In this document: positions 8,824-18,100 of the stretch, piece by piece
Numbering within the stretch: the stretch's first letter is position 1
Layout: each line of letters begins with the position of its first letter
Assembly (NCBI GenBank): GCA_018333995.1
Contig: JAGXSG010000008.1
Location: forward strand, 207,210-271,209
Direction: 5' to 3'
From: Clostridiales bacterium
GTDB taxonomy: Bacteria; Actinomycetota; Coriobacteriia; Anaerosomatales; SLCP01
DNA: 64,000 bases
The notes under the pieces: model-generated
What the model saw: the letters and a program-made list of their open reading frames with translations, nothing else
Databases searched by the model: none
What the model was told of the DNA's origin: nothing
Position numbers and translations under genes: made by a program

Positions 8824-8859
8824 TATCCATGTCCATACTTGCGAGGCGAGCCTGACGCC

Positions 8860-10248
8860 ATGCACTTGACGCTTGTCGGTCTGAGCCACAAGACAGCCCC
8901 GGTAGAGATCCGGGAAAAGCTCACCTTTCCCGCGCACCGGCAGGAAGAGGCCCTCGCTCGCATCACCGGATCGGCGCACATCGCCGAGGCGGTCATTCTC
9001 TCGACGTGCAACCGGACTGAGATCTACGCCGTGACCGCGGCTGGTGTGGACGGTGCCGGAGCCATCATCGATTTCCTCGCTGACTACCACGACCTCGATC
9101 GGCACGAGCTCGTGCGCTACCTCTACATCTCTGAGGGAGAGGCGGTCATTCGCCACCTCTTCAGGGTGGTGGCTTCGCTCGACTCGATGGTTCTCGGTGA
9201 GGCGCAGATACTCGGACAGGTCAAAGAGGCCTATGAGCACGCGTTCACCAGCGAAGCGGCGGGGCGCATCTTCAACAAACTGTTTCGCCAAAGCTTCGAG
9301 TTGGGCAAACGAGTCCGTACTGAGACCGAGATCGGGGAGAACGCGGTTTCGATCAGCTACGCCGCCGTTGAGTTGGCACGGCAGGTTTTCGACACGCTGG
9401 ATGGCCGCACCGTGCTGATTCTCGGCGCGGGCAAGATGAGTGAGCTTACCGCCAAGCACCTCGTGAGCAACGGCGTGAGGAAGGTCTTTGTGGCCAACCG
9501 CACCTACGAGCGCGCTGAAGAGCTTGCGCGCAAGTTCAGTGGCGTACCCATCCGCTACGAAGAGCTTTATGAATGTATGCGCGAGGCGGATATTGTGATC
9601 TCTTCGACCGCCGCCACGGACTACGTCGTCACCAAAGATCAGGTTGCTGGCGCGATGCGTGGCCGCCGTGGGAATCCGCTCTTTCTCATCGACATTGCGG
9701 TGCCGCGTGATATCGCACCCGACGTCAACGACCTTTCCGACGTCTTCCTCTACGACATCGACGACTTGAACGGTGTCGTAGAGTCCAACCTCGAGGAGCG
9801 GATGCGTGAGGCGCGAAAGGCCGAACACATCATCGACGAGGAGATGGTGTTGTTTGAGCGGTGGCTCGAGTCCATGGAGGTCGTACCCACAGTGGCCGCG
9901 ATCCGTGCCAAGGCCGAGCAGATCCGCCTCGTCGAAATGGACAAAGCGTTCAAGCGTCTTGGGGGCCTTTCGGAGCGCGAACTCCAGACTGTCGAGGCGC
10001 TCACCGCGTCCATTGTGAACAAGATGCTGCACGGACCTACCGCTCGGCTCAAGAACATAGCCGCCAAGAAGGATGGCTACACCTACGTTGAGGCCGCACG
10101 TTTCCTGTATGGACTCGACTCGAACCCCGAGGGCCTCAACCCGCACACCGGGATCTTCAGGACACTGCTCGGAAGGGCCGAGAAGGCCGCCGAGCGTGCC
10201 GCTGAGAAGGCCGCGCAGAAGGAGATGGGAGATACGATTGGCTGCTAG
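8860..10248 (+). CDS. hemA: glutamyl-tRNA reductase
   Basis: MHLTLVGLSHKTAPVEIREKL N-terminus, catalytic-Cys motif LSTCNRTEIY and NADPH site ILGAGKMSE. ATG 8860 is preferred over track start 8839. Confidence 0.95.
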   Translation: MHLTLVGLSHKTAPVEIREKLTFPAHRQEEALARITGSAHIAEAVILSTCNRTEIYAVTAAGVDGAGAIIDFLADYHDLDRHELVRYLYISEGEAVIRHLFRVVASLDSMVLGEAQILGQVKEAYEHAFTSEAAGRIFNKLFRQSFELGKRVRTETEIGENAVSISYAAVELARQVFDTLDGRTVLILGAGKMSELTAKHLVSNGVRKVFVANRTYERAEELARKFSGVPIRYEELYECMREADIVISSTAATDYVVTKDQVAGAMRGRRGNPLFLIDIAVPRDIAPDVNDLSDVFLYDIDDLNGVVESNLEERMREARKAEHIIDEEMVLFERWLESMEVVPTVAAIRAKAEQIRLVEMDKAFKRLGGLSERELQTVEALTASIVNKMLHGPTARLKNIAAKKDGYTYVEAARFLYGLDSNPEGLNPHTGIFRTLLGRAEKAAERAAEKAAQKEMGDTIGC

Positions 10249-11200
10249 CCGCGACCGCCTCGTGATCGGAACCCGGGGGAGCAAGCTCGCTTTGTGGCAA
10301 TCAAACTACATCAAGGGCCGCATCGAGGAAGCCACGGGGGCCACTGTCGAGCTGAAGATCATCAAGACGACTGGTGACAAGATCCTTGACGTGCCGCTCG
10401 CGAAAGTGGGCGGCAAGGGCCTTTTCACCAAGGAACTCGAGGTGGAACTACTCGCGGGCACCGTCGATCTGTGCGTCCACTCGATGAAAGACGTACCCAC
10501 CGAGCTTCCCGAAGGCTGCGTCATCGCCGCCACACCTGAGCGTGTTGACCCGCGTGACGTCATCGTGAGCGGGCCGGGCGGCTATAATCTTGAGACGCTG
10601 CCGCACGGCGCGCGGCTCGGCACGTCGAGTTTGCGTCGCAGAAGTCAGACCGTCGCGCTCCGTCCCGACCTTGAGATCGTCGATGTGCGCGGCAACCTTG
10701 ACACGCGCATGCGCAAAGCCGAAGAGGGCGAGGTCCACGCGGTGATTCTCGCATCGGCAGGCATTACGCGCATGGGCTGGGCGGATAGGATCTCCCACTA
10801 CATCTCCCCGCAGCAGATGGTTCCGGCGGTGGGACAGGGCGCTATCGCCGTGGAGATCCGTGAAGACGACTCATTCATGACCGAAGTCTGTCACGCTCTC
10901 AATCACCCCGAGACCTTCACGTGTATCACCGCCGAGCGCGTGGTGATGCGCACGCTCGAGGGCGGGTGTCAGGTGCCCATCGGTGCATACGCGCGCTTTG
11001 AAGGGGATGAACTTGTCATGGACGGCCTCGTCGGCTCGGTCGACGGCGCGAGAATCGTCCGCGAACGTGTCTGTGGTGCAGTAGACGATCCGGTGGGTCT
11101 CGGACACGCGATGGTCGCACGTCTGCGGGAGCTCGGCGCCGGGTCGATCCTCGCCGAGATTCGCGCAGCTGACGATGTTGATGGCCTGCTCAAGACCTGA
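10238..11200 (+). CDS. hemC: porphobilinogen deaminase (hydroxymethylbilane synthase)
   Basis: GTRGSKLALWQ N-terminal motif and cofactor-Cys region LEGGCQVPIGAY. TTG 10238 has GGGAG 6 nt upstream and overlaps the hemA end by 11 nt. Track start 10073 is an artefactual extension. Confidence 0.93.
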   Translation: MAASRDRLVIGTRGSKLALWQSNYIKGRIEEATGATVELKIIKTTGDKILDVPLAKVGGKGLFTKELEVELLAGTVDLCVHSMKDVPTELPEGCVIAATPERVDPRDVIVSGPGGYNLETLPHGARLGTSSLRRRSQTVALRPDLEIVDVRGNLDTRMRKAEEGEVHAVILASAGITRMGWADRISHYISPQQMVPAVGQGAIAVEIREDDSFMTEVCHALNHPETFTCITAERVVMRTLEGGCQVPIGAYARFEGDELVMDGLVGSVDGARIVRERVCGAVDDPVGLGHAMVARLRELGAGSILAEIRAADDVDGLLKT

Positions 11201-11212
11201 GGAGCGGTTAGC

Positions 11213-12091
11213 GTGAGTGACAGCCGACCCACACGCGGAGCGTCGTCGGCGCGCGAGGGCTTGCCGCTTGCCGGTCGAACGGTAGTCGTCACTCGCGCAC
11301 GTCACCAGGTTCGTGAACTCGCATCAGCGCTCGAGGAACGTGGTGCCGAGGTCCTCGAGTTTCCGGTGATCAAGACGCTCGACCCTGAAGACTGGGCGCC
11401 TGCCGACGAGGCTATCGTCAACCTGACCGTCTACGACTGGGTGGTCTTCACCTCCGCAAACGCGGTCCACCGGTTCTTTGAGCGCCTTGCGCTCTACGAT
11501 CGTGACGCCCGAGCGCTCGCCGGCATCCGGGTCGCGGCGGTGGGACGCGCGACCGCCGACCATCTGCGGGGTCGCGGCATACGTGCCGACTACGTTCCGG
11601 GCGACTTTCGCGCGGAAGGGCTGATCGAGGGATTCTTCGACCGTGGCGTGGGCAAGAACTCGCGTGTGCTCATCCCGCGCGCTCTTGAGGCACGTGAAGT
11701 GCTACCTGAGACACTGCGAGAGCGGGGTGCGCGCGTCGACGTCGTGCCGGTGTACCGCACCGTCACGGGCGAAGGGAACCCCGCCACCCTGGAGCGCATG
11801 GCCGACGGAGGGATCGACGTCGTGACGTTCACCTCGCCCTCGACATTCCGCGGTTTCCTGACGTTGATCGAGGGCACTGCGGCGCGTGATGTTCTTACGG
11901 CGGCGGCGCTCGCGTCAATCGGTCCTGTCACTTCGGATGCCGTACGTGAACTTGGCAGCGAGGTCGATATCGAGGCCGATCCTTACACGGTCGCCGGACT
12001 CGTCGATGCGATCTGCCGGTATTTCTCGGCAGGCGCGTGTGCGGGAACCGGCGGCGATACAGGCATGTCCGACGGTGGGGCGGAACGTTGA
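11213..12091 (+). CDS. hemD: uroporphyrinogen-III synthase
   Basis: It lies between hemC and hemB and shows a two-lobe HemD-like pattern (VVVTRA..VFTSANAV.. and VVTFTSPSTF). The family is weakly conserved, so context contributes to the call. Confidence 0.8.
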   Translation: MSDSRPTRGASSAREGLPLAGRTVVVTRARHQVRELASALEERGAEVLEFPVIKTLDPEDWAPADEAIVNLTVYDWVVFTSANAVHRFFERLALYDRDARALAGIRVAAVGRATADHLRGRGIRADYVPGDFRAEGLIEGFFDRGVGKNSRVLIPRALEAREVLPETLRERGARVDVVPVYRTVTGEGNPATLERMADGGIDVVTFTSPSTFRGFLTLIEGTAARDVLTAAALASIGPVTSDAVRELGSEVDIEADPYTVAGLVDAICRYFSAGACAGTGGDTGMSDGGAER

Positions 12092-12156
12092 CAACGCGCG
12101 TGCGCGCGGGGATACTCGTGCCTGCTCCGGAGGCCGTGAGGCGCGGAGTCATCCGT

Positions 12157-12232
12157 GGGGATGTAGCTCAGCTGGGAGAGCGCTGCGTTCGCAACGCAGA
12201 GGTCGGCGGTTCGAGCCCGCTCATCTCCACCA
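12157..12232 (+). tRNA. tRNA-Ala (anticodon CGC)
   Basis: A 76-nt cloverleaf folds by hand: acceptor GGGGATG/CATCTCC with the G3:U70 Ala identity pair, anticodon loop TTCGCAA, T-loop TTCGAGC and an encoded CCA. Confidence 0.95.
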
Positions 12233-12358
12233 ACTACGGTCTGGCCGGGGCGGTTCGCGCGATATCGTGCGGGTCGCCCCGTTGCGTACGTACGGTAGAC
12301 CCCGCGGCCAGCGTCCGCAGGGTTATGTGAGGGCGAAGCTGAAGGAGGCTACACTTCG

Positions 12359-12592
12359 ATGATCGGGGCTCAGTCGGATTTCGCGGTGCGGTTCCAGGAG
12401 TTTGTGTTCTACGCGGGGCCGATCGTGCAGATGCTGTACTGGATTGTCGTCGCGGGCGCTGCACTCTACGCGGTGTTGCTGCTGCGACGCCACATGAGCG
12501 CGCACTTTGCGGGGGGCAAGGAGCTTCCCGGAGCATCCCGGTCACCCGCACCAGAAACGGCTCCGGTGTCCGTCGACGAGTTTGTCGAATAG
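12359..12592 (+). CDS. small membrane protein, unknown function
   Basis: 77-aa ORF with strong RBS GAAGGAGG 10 nt upstream of the ATG. It has one predicted TM helix ([21 protein letters not shown]) and an acidic/Pro-rich tail. Confidence 0.5.
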   Translation: MIGAQSDFAVRFQEFVFYAGPIVQMLYWIVVAGAALYAVLLLRRHMSAHFAGGKELPGASRSPAPETAPVSVDEFVE

Positions 12593-12593
12593 C

Positions 12594-12643
12594 GGCCACC
12601 CGGGCACCTGGAACCTGGCACCCGGCCACCTGGCTACCTACCT
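12594..12643 (+). repeat. degenerate short direct repeats (CACC[C/T]GG-like, 5-6 copies) in the hemB leader
   Basis: GGCCACCCGG GCACCTGG AACCTGG CACCCGG CCACCTGG CTACCTACC, read directly between the small ORF stop and the hemB RBS. Confidence 0.5.
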
Positions 12644-12660
12644 CAGAGGAGGCAGTCTCC

Positions 12661-13641
12661 ATGGAGTTTCCCGCATACCGCCCCCGCCGGCTACGCTCAC
12701 GTGAGGCATTGCGCTCAATGGTGCGCGAGAACACGCTTGAGCCCAGCGACCTCATCTACCCGCTGTTCATCAAGCCTGGCACTGGGTTGCGTGACGAGGT
12801 CACTTCGATGCCAGGCGTCTACCAGCTCACCATCGACCAGCTCCCCGCGGAGATCGATGAGCTCAAAGGGCTCGGGATCCCGGCCGTCATCCTATTCGGC
12901 CTGCCGGAGACCAAAGACGAGGCGGGCAGCGGAGCGTACGCCGCAGATGGCATCGTTCAGCGGGCGATTCGCGCGATCAAGGCTCACGATCCCGAGTACT
13001 ACGTGATCACCGACGTCTGCATGTGCGAGTACACCAGCCACGGGCACTGCGGCGCGCTCGACGAACATGGATGCGTGATCAACGACGTCACCCTCGAGAT
13101 GCTGGCGAGCACGGCGCTCAGTCACGCCGAGGCAGGCGCTGACATGGTCGCCCCGAGCGACATGATGGACGGGCGGGTGGCCGCTATCCGTACCGCGCTC
13201 GACACCGAGGGCTATGCGAACATCCCCATCATGAGCTACTCGGCCAAGTACGCCTCGGCATATTACGGCCCGTTCCGTGACGCGGCGGATTCGGTTCCCA
13301 CCTTTGGTGATCGTCGCGCCTACCAGATGGATCCCGCCAACTCCGACGAAGCGATTCGCGAAGTTGCGCTCGACATAGGCGAGGGTGCGGACATCGTGAT
13401 GGTCAAGCCGGCGCTTGCCTACATGGACATCATTCGCCGAGTGAAAGATGAGTTTGGCTATCCGACCGCCGCCTACAACGTGAGTGGCGAGTACGCGATG
13501 GTGAAGGCCGCTGCGCGAAACGGCTGGATCGATGAGCGTCGCGTGGTGCTTGAGACACTGCTTGGCTTCAAGCGCGCCGGCGCGGATATGGTACTCACGT
13601 ACCACGCGAAGGACGCGGCGAGGTGGCTTGCCGAGACCTAA
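12661..13641 (+). CDS. hemB: porphobilinogen synthase (ALA dehydratase), Zn-type
   Basis: Cys-rich zinc site [14 protein letters not shown] and Schiff-base Lys region [23 protein letters not shown]. Confidence 0.95.
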   Translation: MEFPAYRPRRLRSREALRSMVRENTLEPSDLIYPLFIKPGTGLRDEVTSMPGVYQLTIDQLPAEIDELKGLGIPAVILFGLPETKDEAGSGAYAADGIVQRAIRAIKAHDPEYYVITDVCMCEYTSHGHCGALDEHGCVINDVTLEMLASTALSHAEAGADMVAPSDMMDGRVAAIRTALDTEGYANIPIMSYSAKYASAYYGPFRDAADSVPTFGDRRAYQMDPANSDEAIREVALDIGEGADIVMVKPALAYMDIIRRVKDEFGYPTAAYNVSGEYAMVKAAARNGWIDERRVVLETLLGFKRAGADMVLTYHAKDAARWLAET

Positions 13642-13750
13642 GCGTGGCCTCAGGATCCGGGTCGAGCCCGCACGATCGTGACCGGTCCGATTGGCCCTAT
13701 TATTGCGAAGTGGTGTGCGCGTCGCGTCCAATCGAAGGGAACCGCCGAGT

Positions 13751-15115
13751 ATGGCCGACAATGTAGGGAACGCGGATGCTCGTCCAGACCTCGATCTCGA
13801 AGAGGGCTTCGGGTCTGCGGGCGAAGGCACGCTTACCGAGCAGGAGATCGCTGACGCCGAGGCGCCATGCGGCGGCGTGGGAATCGGCATTCCGATGGGG
13901 GCTGGTCATCCCGGCGGCGTGCCGGTCGATCCAGTTGGAGGCCATCCGGGTTCCCACCCTGGCGGACGCCAGCGTCACGGCGGCGCGCGGAGTGTTGGCT
14001 TCCGGCCCGGAGGCGGCCCGCAGGCGATCGCGTATCACGAACGGACGGGCATCAAGGCACCCCGAATCATCGCGTGGGAGATCACGCGCTCGTGCAACCT
14101 GAGCTGTGTTCACTGCCGAGCCGCCGCCGAGTTTGGCCACTACCCCGGTGAGCTTTCGCTCGAGCAGATCAAGAGCGTTATCGACAACATCGTCACGATC
14201 TCAAACCCGATCATCATCCTCACTGGCGGGGAACCGCTCATGAGGCCCGACATCTGGGAGATTGTCGACTACTGTCACGAGATGGGCGCCATGCCCGTCA
14301 TCGGAACCAACGCCACCATGATCACCGACGAGATCGCGGCCAAGATGGCAGCACATCGCATCCCGCGCATCTCGGTCTCGATCGATTTTCCCACAGCCGA
14401 GGGGCACGACACGTTTCGCGGGCAGGCGGGGTGCTTCGACCAGTCGGTCGAGGGCATCAGGATCGCGAAACGTCACGGGGTGGGCGTTCAGGTCAACACG
14501 ACGGTCACCAAGCTCAACGCCGACAAGATCGAAGAGATCCACGACCTCGCGGAGTCGCTCGATGTCGACGCGTTCCACATCTTCATGCTCGTTCCGACGG
14601 GTCGCGGGTCCGAGCTGCTCGAACAAGAGCTTCCTCCCGATGAGTACGAGCGCGTTCTCACGTGGGCGTATCATCGGCAAAAGACGAGTCCGCTACACTT
14701 CAAGCCCACCGACTCCCCACACTACTACCGCATCATCCGTCAGCTCGCGAAGGCCGAAGGCAAGAAGGTCACGCGCGAGGAGTATGGCCTCGACGCGATG
14801 ACGCGCGGGTGCCTCGGCGGTATCACGTTTTGCTTCATCAGTCACGTGGGCGACATCCAGCCGTGCGGGTACTTCGATATGCAGCTGGGCAACGTGAAAG
14901 AGAAGCCGTTTTCCGAGATATGGACGGAAAGCAAGGTCTTCAACGACCTTCGTGACTACTCATTGCTCAAAGGCAAGTGTGGCGCGTGCGAGTACAAGGC
15001 GGTGTGCGGCGGGTGCCGTGCGCGAGCGCTCGAGCTCACGGGAGACTACCTTGCGGCTGAGCCGTACTGCGTATACGAACCGCCCGGCTGGACCGGGGAG
15101 TGCGAACAGGCGTAG
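13751..15115 (+). CDS. radical SAM/SPASM enzyme, AhbD/NirJ-like (candidate anaerobic haem-maturation step)
   Basis: CxxxCxxC cluster site ITRSCNLSCVHCRA and C-terminal SPASM-type Cys cluster GKCGACEYKAVCGGCRARA. The N-terminal tail is His/Gly/Pro-rich (GAGHPGGVPVDPVGGHPGSHPGG). Start is uncertain (ATG 13751 or ATG 13895). Confidence 0.8.
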   Translation: MADNVGNADARPDLDLEEGFGSAGEGTLTEQEIADAEAPCGGVGIGIPMGAGHPGGVPVDPVGGHPGSHPGGRQRHGGARSVGFRPGGGPQAIAYHERTGIKAPRIIAWEITRSCNLSCVHCRAAAEFGHYPGELSLEQIKSVIDNIVTISNPIIILTGGEPLMRPDIWEIVDYCHEMGAMPVIGTNATMITDEIAAKMAAHRIPRISVSIDFPTAEGHDTFRGQAGCFDQSVEGIRIAKRHGVGVQVNTTVTKLNADKIEEIHDLAESLDVDAFHIFMLVPTGRGSELLEQELPPDEYERVLTWAYHRQKTSPLHFKPTDSPHYYRIIRQLAKAEGKKVTREEYGLDAMTRGCLGGITFCFISHVGDIQPCGYFDMQLGNVKEKPFSEIWTESKVFNDLRDYSLLKGKCGACEYKAVCGGCRARALELTGDYLAAEPYCVYEPPGWTGECEQA

Positions 15116-15124
15116 GGAGTCTGG

Positions 15125-18100
15125 ATGGGTGCGTTCGAGCGGTCGGCGACAGCGGCGTCTAGAGGGCTACTGGTTCTTGTTCTCCTCGTAGCGCTCACAC
15201 CCGCCGCTGGCGCGTATGGTGCTGATGCGCGCGCTGGGTCGCGCGAGCCAGGCACCGAAGCGAAGGGACAGCATCCGCGGGAAGGACGAGAGTCCGAGGG
15301 TGTCAGAGCCGACGAGTATGTTGAGGGAGAAGTGCTCGTCCGCTTCAGGAGGGGGGTCAGCTCGGCGGTTCGTGGGCGGGCGCACTCCGTTGCGGGCGGC
15401 GCGCGGATCCGTTCGTTAGCGGCTGCGCGTGACTTGGAGCTCGTGAGGCTTCCGCCGGGCATGAGTGTGTCCAAGGCGGTTGTCGCGTACGGCACGCAAC
15501 TTTCGGTAGAGTACGCCCAGCCAAACTACCGGAAGCGTAAGGCGGGAACGTACCCGGACGATCCGCGTTTCTCCCAGTTGTGGGGGTTGCGTAACACCGG
15601 GCAGACGGGGGGTGCTGCAGGCGCGGACATCGACGCTGCCGGTGCGTGGGATATCACGGCCGGGTCGAGCGCCGTTGTCGTCGCCGTCCTCGATACCGGG
15701 ATCGACTACAACCATCCGGATTTGGCCGGGAACATGTGGGTGAATCCCGGGGAGATCGCCGGTAACGGTCTGGACGATGATCGTAATGGCTACGTCGACG
15801 ACGTCCACGGCGTGAACACCATCAATGCTACGGGCGATCCTTTCGACGACGACCCCGGGGGCCACGGCACGCACTGCGCGGGAACGGTTGGGGCGGTTGG
15901 CGGGAACGGGCTCGGCGTGACGGGAGTGAATTGGGACGTCTCGCTCATGGCGGTGAAGATGCTCGATTCATCTGGCGCGGGTACGACGGCGTCAGCGGTA
16001 GAGGCGTTTCACTACGCGGCCGCGAACGGCGCGGCCGTCATCTCGAACTCGTGGGGAGGCGGCTACCCGTTCGACCGGGCCGAGTACGATGCGATAGCCG
16101 CCATCGACGCACTGTTTGTATTCGCGGCGGGCAACGCCGGCACGAATAACGATGGCGCGGCACCGTTCTACCCAGCGTCGTATGACCTGCCCAACATCAT
16201 CTCGGTTGGCGCATCGGACCACAACGACGCGCGTGCAAGCTTCTCAAACTATGGAGCGGCGTCCGTCGATGTGTTCGCGCCTGGTGTCGATATCCTGAGC
16301 ACGGTGCCAGGCTCGCCCGTCACGCTGGCGCCGGACATCGCTCAGACGCTGTATGCGACCGGGTTCGACACAGCGGCAGGTTGGAGCTTCACGGGACCAG
16401 GGATGTTTGTGAATGCGCCGTGGGCGCTCAGCACGGTGGCATACACTTCGGCGCCGTCGAGCATCGCCCACTTGGGATACCGGAATAGCGAGGCCGCATT
16501 CGCCGACTCTCCGCCCGTGGACTGCTCCACGGCGCCCGCGGTTTTCCTGAACGCTCGGGTGCGCTACGACATCGAGCATGAGTGGGATTGGCTCAGCGCG
16601 TGGGTGTGGAACGGCTCGGCGTGGCACCTGGTGGACATGAAGAGCGGCTCTTCGGGCGGAGTGTTTCAGGATTGGTGGATAGACATCACGCCGTGGGCGG
16701 CGGGCAGGAGCGGCGTTGTCGTGTCGTTCTATCTGTCTGCCGACGAGTCGATCGACTCCACCTCGGGCTACGAGGGAGTCTATGTCGATGACGTCAGGGT
16801 TGTGGTACCGGCCGAGACGGGCGGGTCTCTCTCGGAGCGCGATCACACTAATGCATACAAGACGATGAGCGGCACCTCGATGGCGGCGCCGCACGTCGCG
16901 GGGATCGCCGCGCTCCTGCTCTCAGTCGATCCGGCCGCGGACGCCGTCAGGCTTAAAGACACCATCCTTGACTCGGCTGAACCTCGCCCATCTCTTGCGG
17001 GCTTGTGCGTCATGGGAGCGCGGGCCGATGCGCGCTCGGCGCTGGCGGCTGTCGTTGGCGAAGGGCCGCCGGTCACGGTCGTGTCGGGCGTGCCTGATGG
17101 ATGGAGCAACCAGATAGCGACGGTCACCCTTGCGGTTCCCGATGCCTGGCCTGGGGTCACCACGTACCGCCGCTGGTACCGCACGGACACGCTCCCGACC
17201 CCGTTCATGGGAGTCACGCCACCGGTTCAGCGCGTGTTCTTTGTGAGTGCGGAGTGGAGGCTCGACTTCTACTCGCAAGACGCGTTTGGCCGCACGGAAG
17301 CTGAGCGCGGTGTCACGGTGCGTATCGACCGGACGACGCCGGGCACGGCGACATCGGCCAACGGGAAGACCTTCGAGGGACGGGCGAGTATCTTGCTGGT
17401 TCGAAACGACCAGCATTCAGGTATCGCCACGACGCACTGGAAGCTCGACGGGGGCCCATGGCAGATAGCCGGCCCCGCCGATCCGGTCGTCATCGAGGCG
17501 ACTGGGAAGGGCGCACATATCCTCCAGTACTACTCGACGGATAACGCTGGCAACGTCGAGCCTGGGAGAGGCGCCACTTTCACGATCACCACGGCTTTCG
17601 ATGAGATCGCCGGCGACGACAGGGTGGGCACCGCGGTCGCCGCTTCGTTGTCAGCGTTCCCAGATGGCGCCGAAACGGTTGTGATAGCGACTGCGCTAAA
17701 CTGGCCCGACGCCCTCGGCGGGACCGCGCTCGCTGGCGCTCTCGGGGGACCGGTCTTGCTCGTGAACACGTCGTCGCTTCCGGCGGCGACCGCATCCGAG
17801 ATCACCCGGCTAGGCGCGAAGAAGGCGGTGATCGTGGGAGGTACCGCGGCCGTGGGCGATGAGGTGGCCGAATCGCTGCGCGCCGTGCTCGGTCCAAACG
17901 GCGCCGTTGAGCGAGTGGCGGGCGACGATCGCTACGAGACCGCTGACGAGGTCGCGTCGCGTGTCATTGCCGCTGCGAACGCCTCTGGAGGCTGGGACGG
18001 TACGATCCTCGTCGCGACCGGCGCCAACTTTCCCGACGCGCTTTCGGCGGCACCTCTCGCGGCCGCTAACGCGTGGCCGATCGTGCTCGCGCATCCCGCG

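Noticed and set aside
10073-10237. Long N-terminal extensions suggested by the track for hemC. The same applies to ORFs starting at 5777, 13691, 22856, 32697, 34340, 35254, 36365, 37441, 41118, 53997 and 55576.
   Set aside because: The extensions overlap the upstream gene and translate to Arg/Pro-rich filler. Conserved family N-termini with an RBS or a 4-nt start/stop overlap occur further downstream.
8755-10284. 509-aa ORF antisense to hemA. Similar long antisense ORFs occur at 12892-13890, 19099-19950, 23936-25168, 46971-48203 and 60234-61202.
   Set aside because: Each lies opposite a gene with unmistakable family motifs. Their products are Arg/Gly/Pro/Asp-rich low-complexity strings, as expected for stop-poor antisense frames in high-GC DNA. 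No RBS or known motifs were seen.
12157-12232. tRNA-Ala as a marker of an integrated mobile element
   Set aside because: No integrase, no direct repeat of the tRNA 3' end and no phage or plasmid genes were seen anywhere in the window. The flanking genes are a coherent hem cluster.
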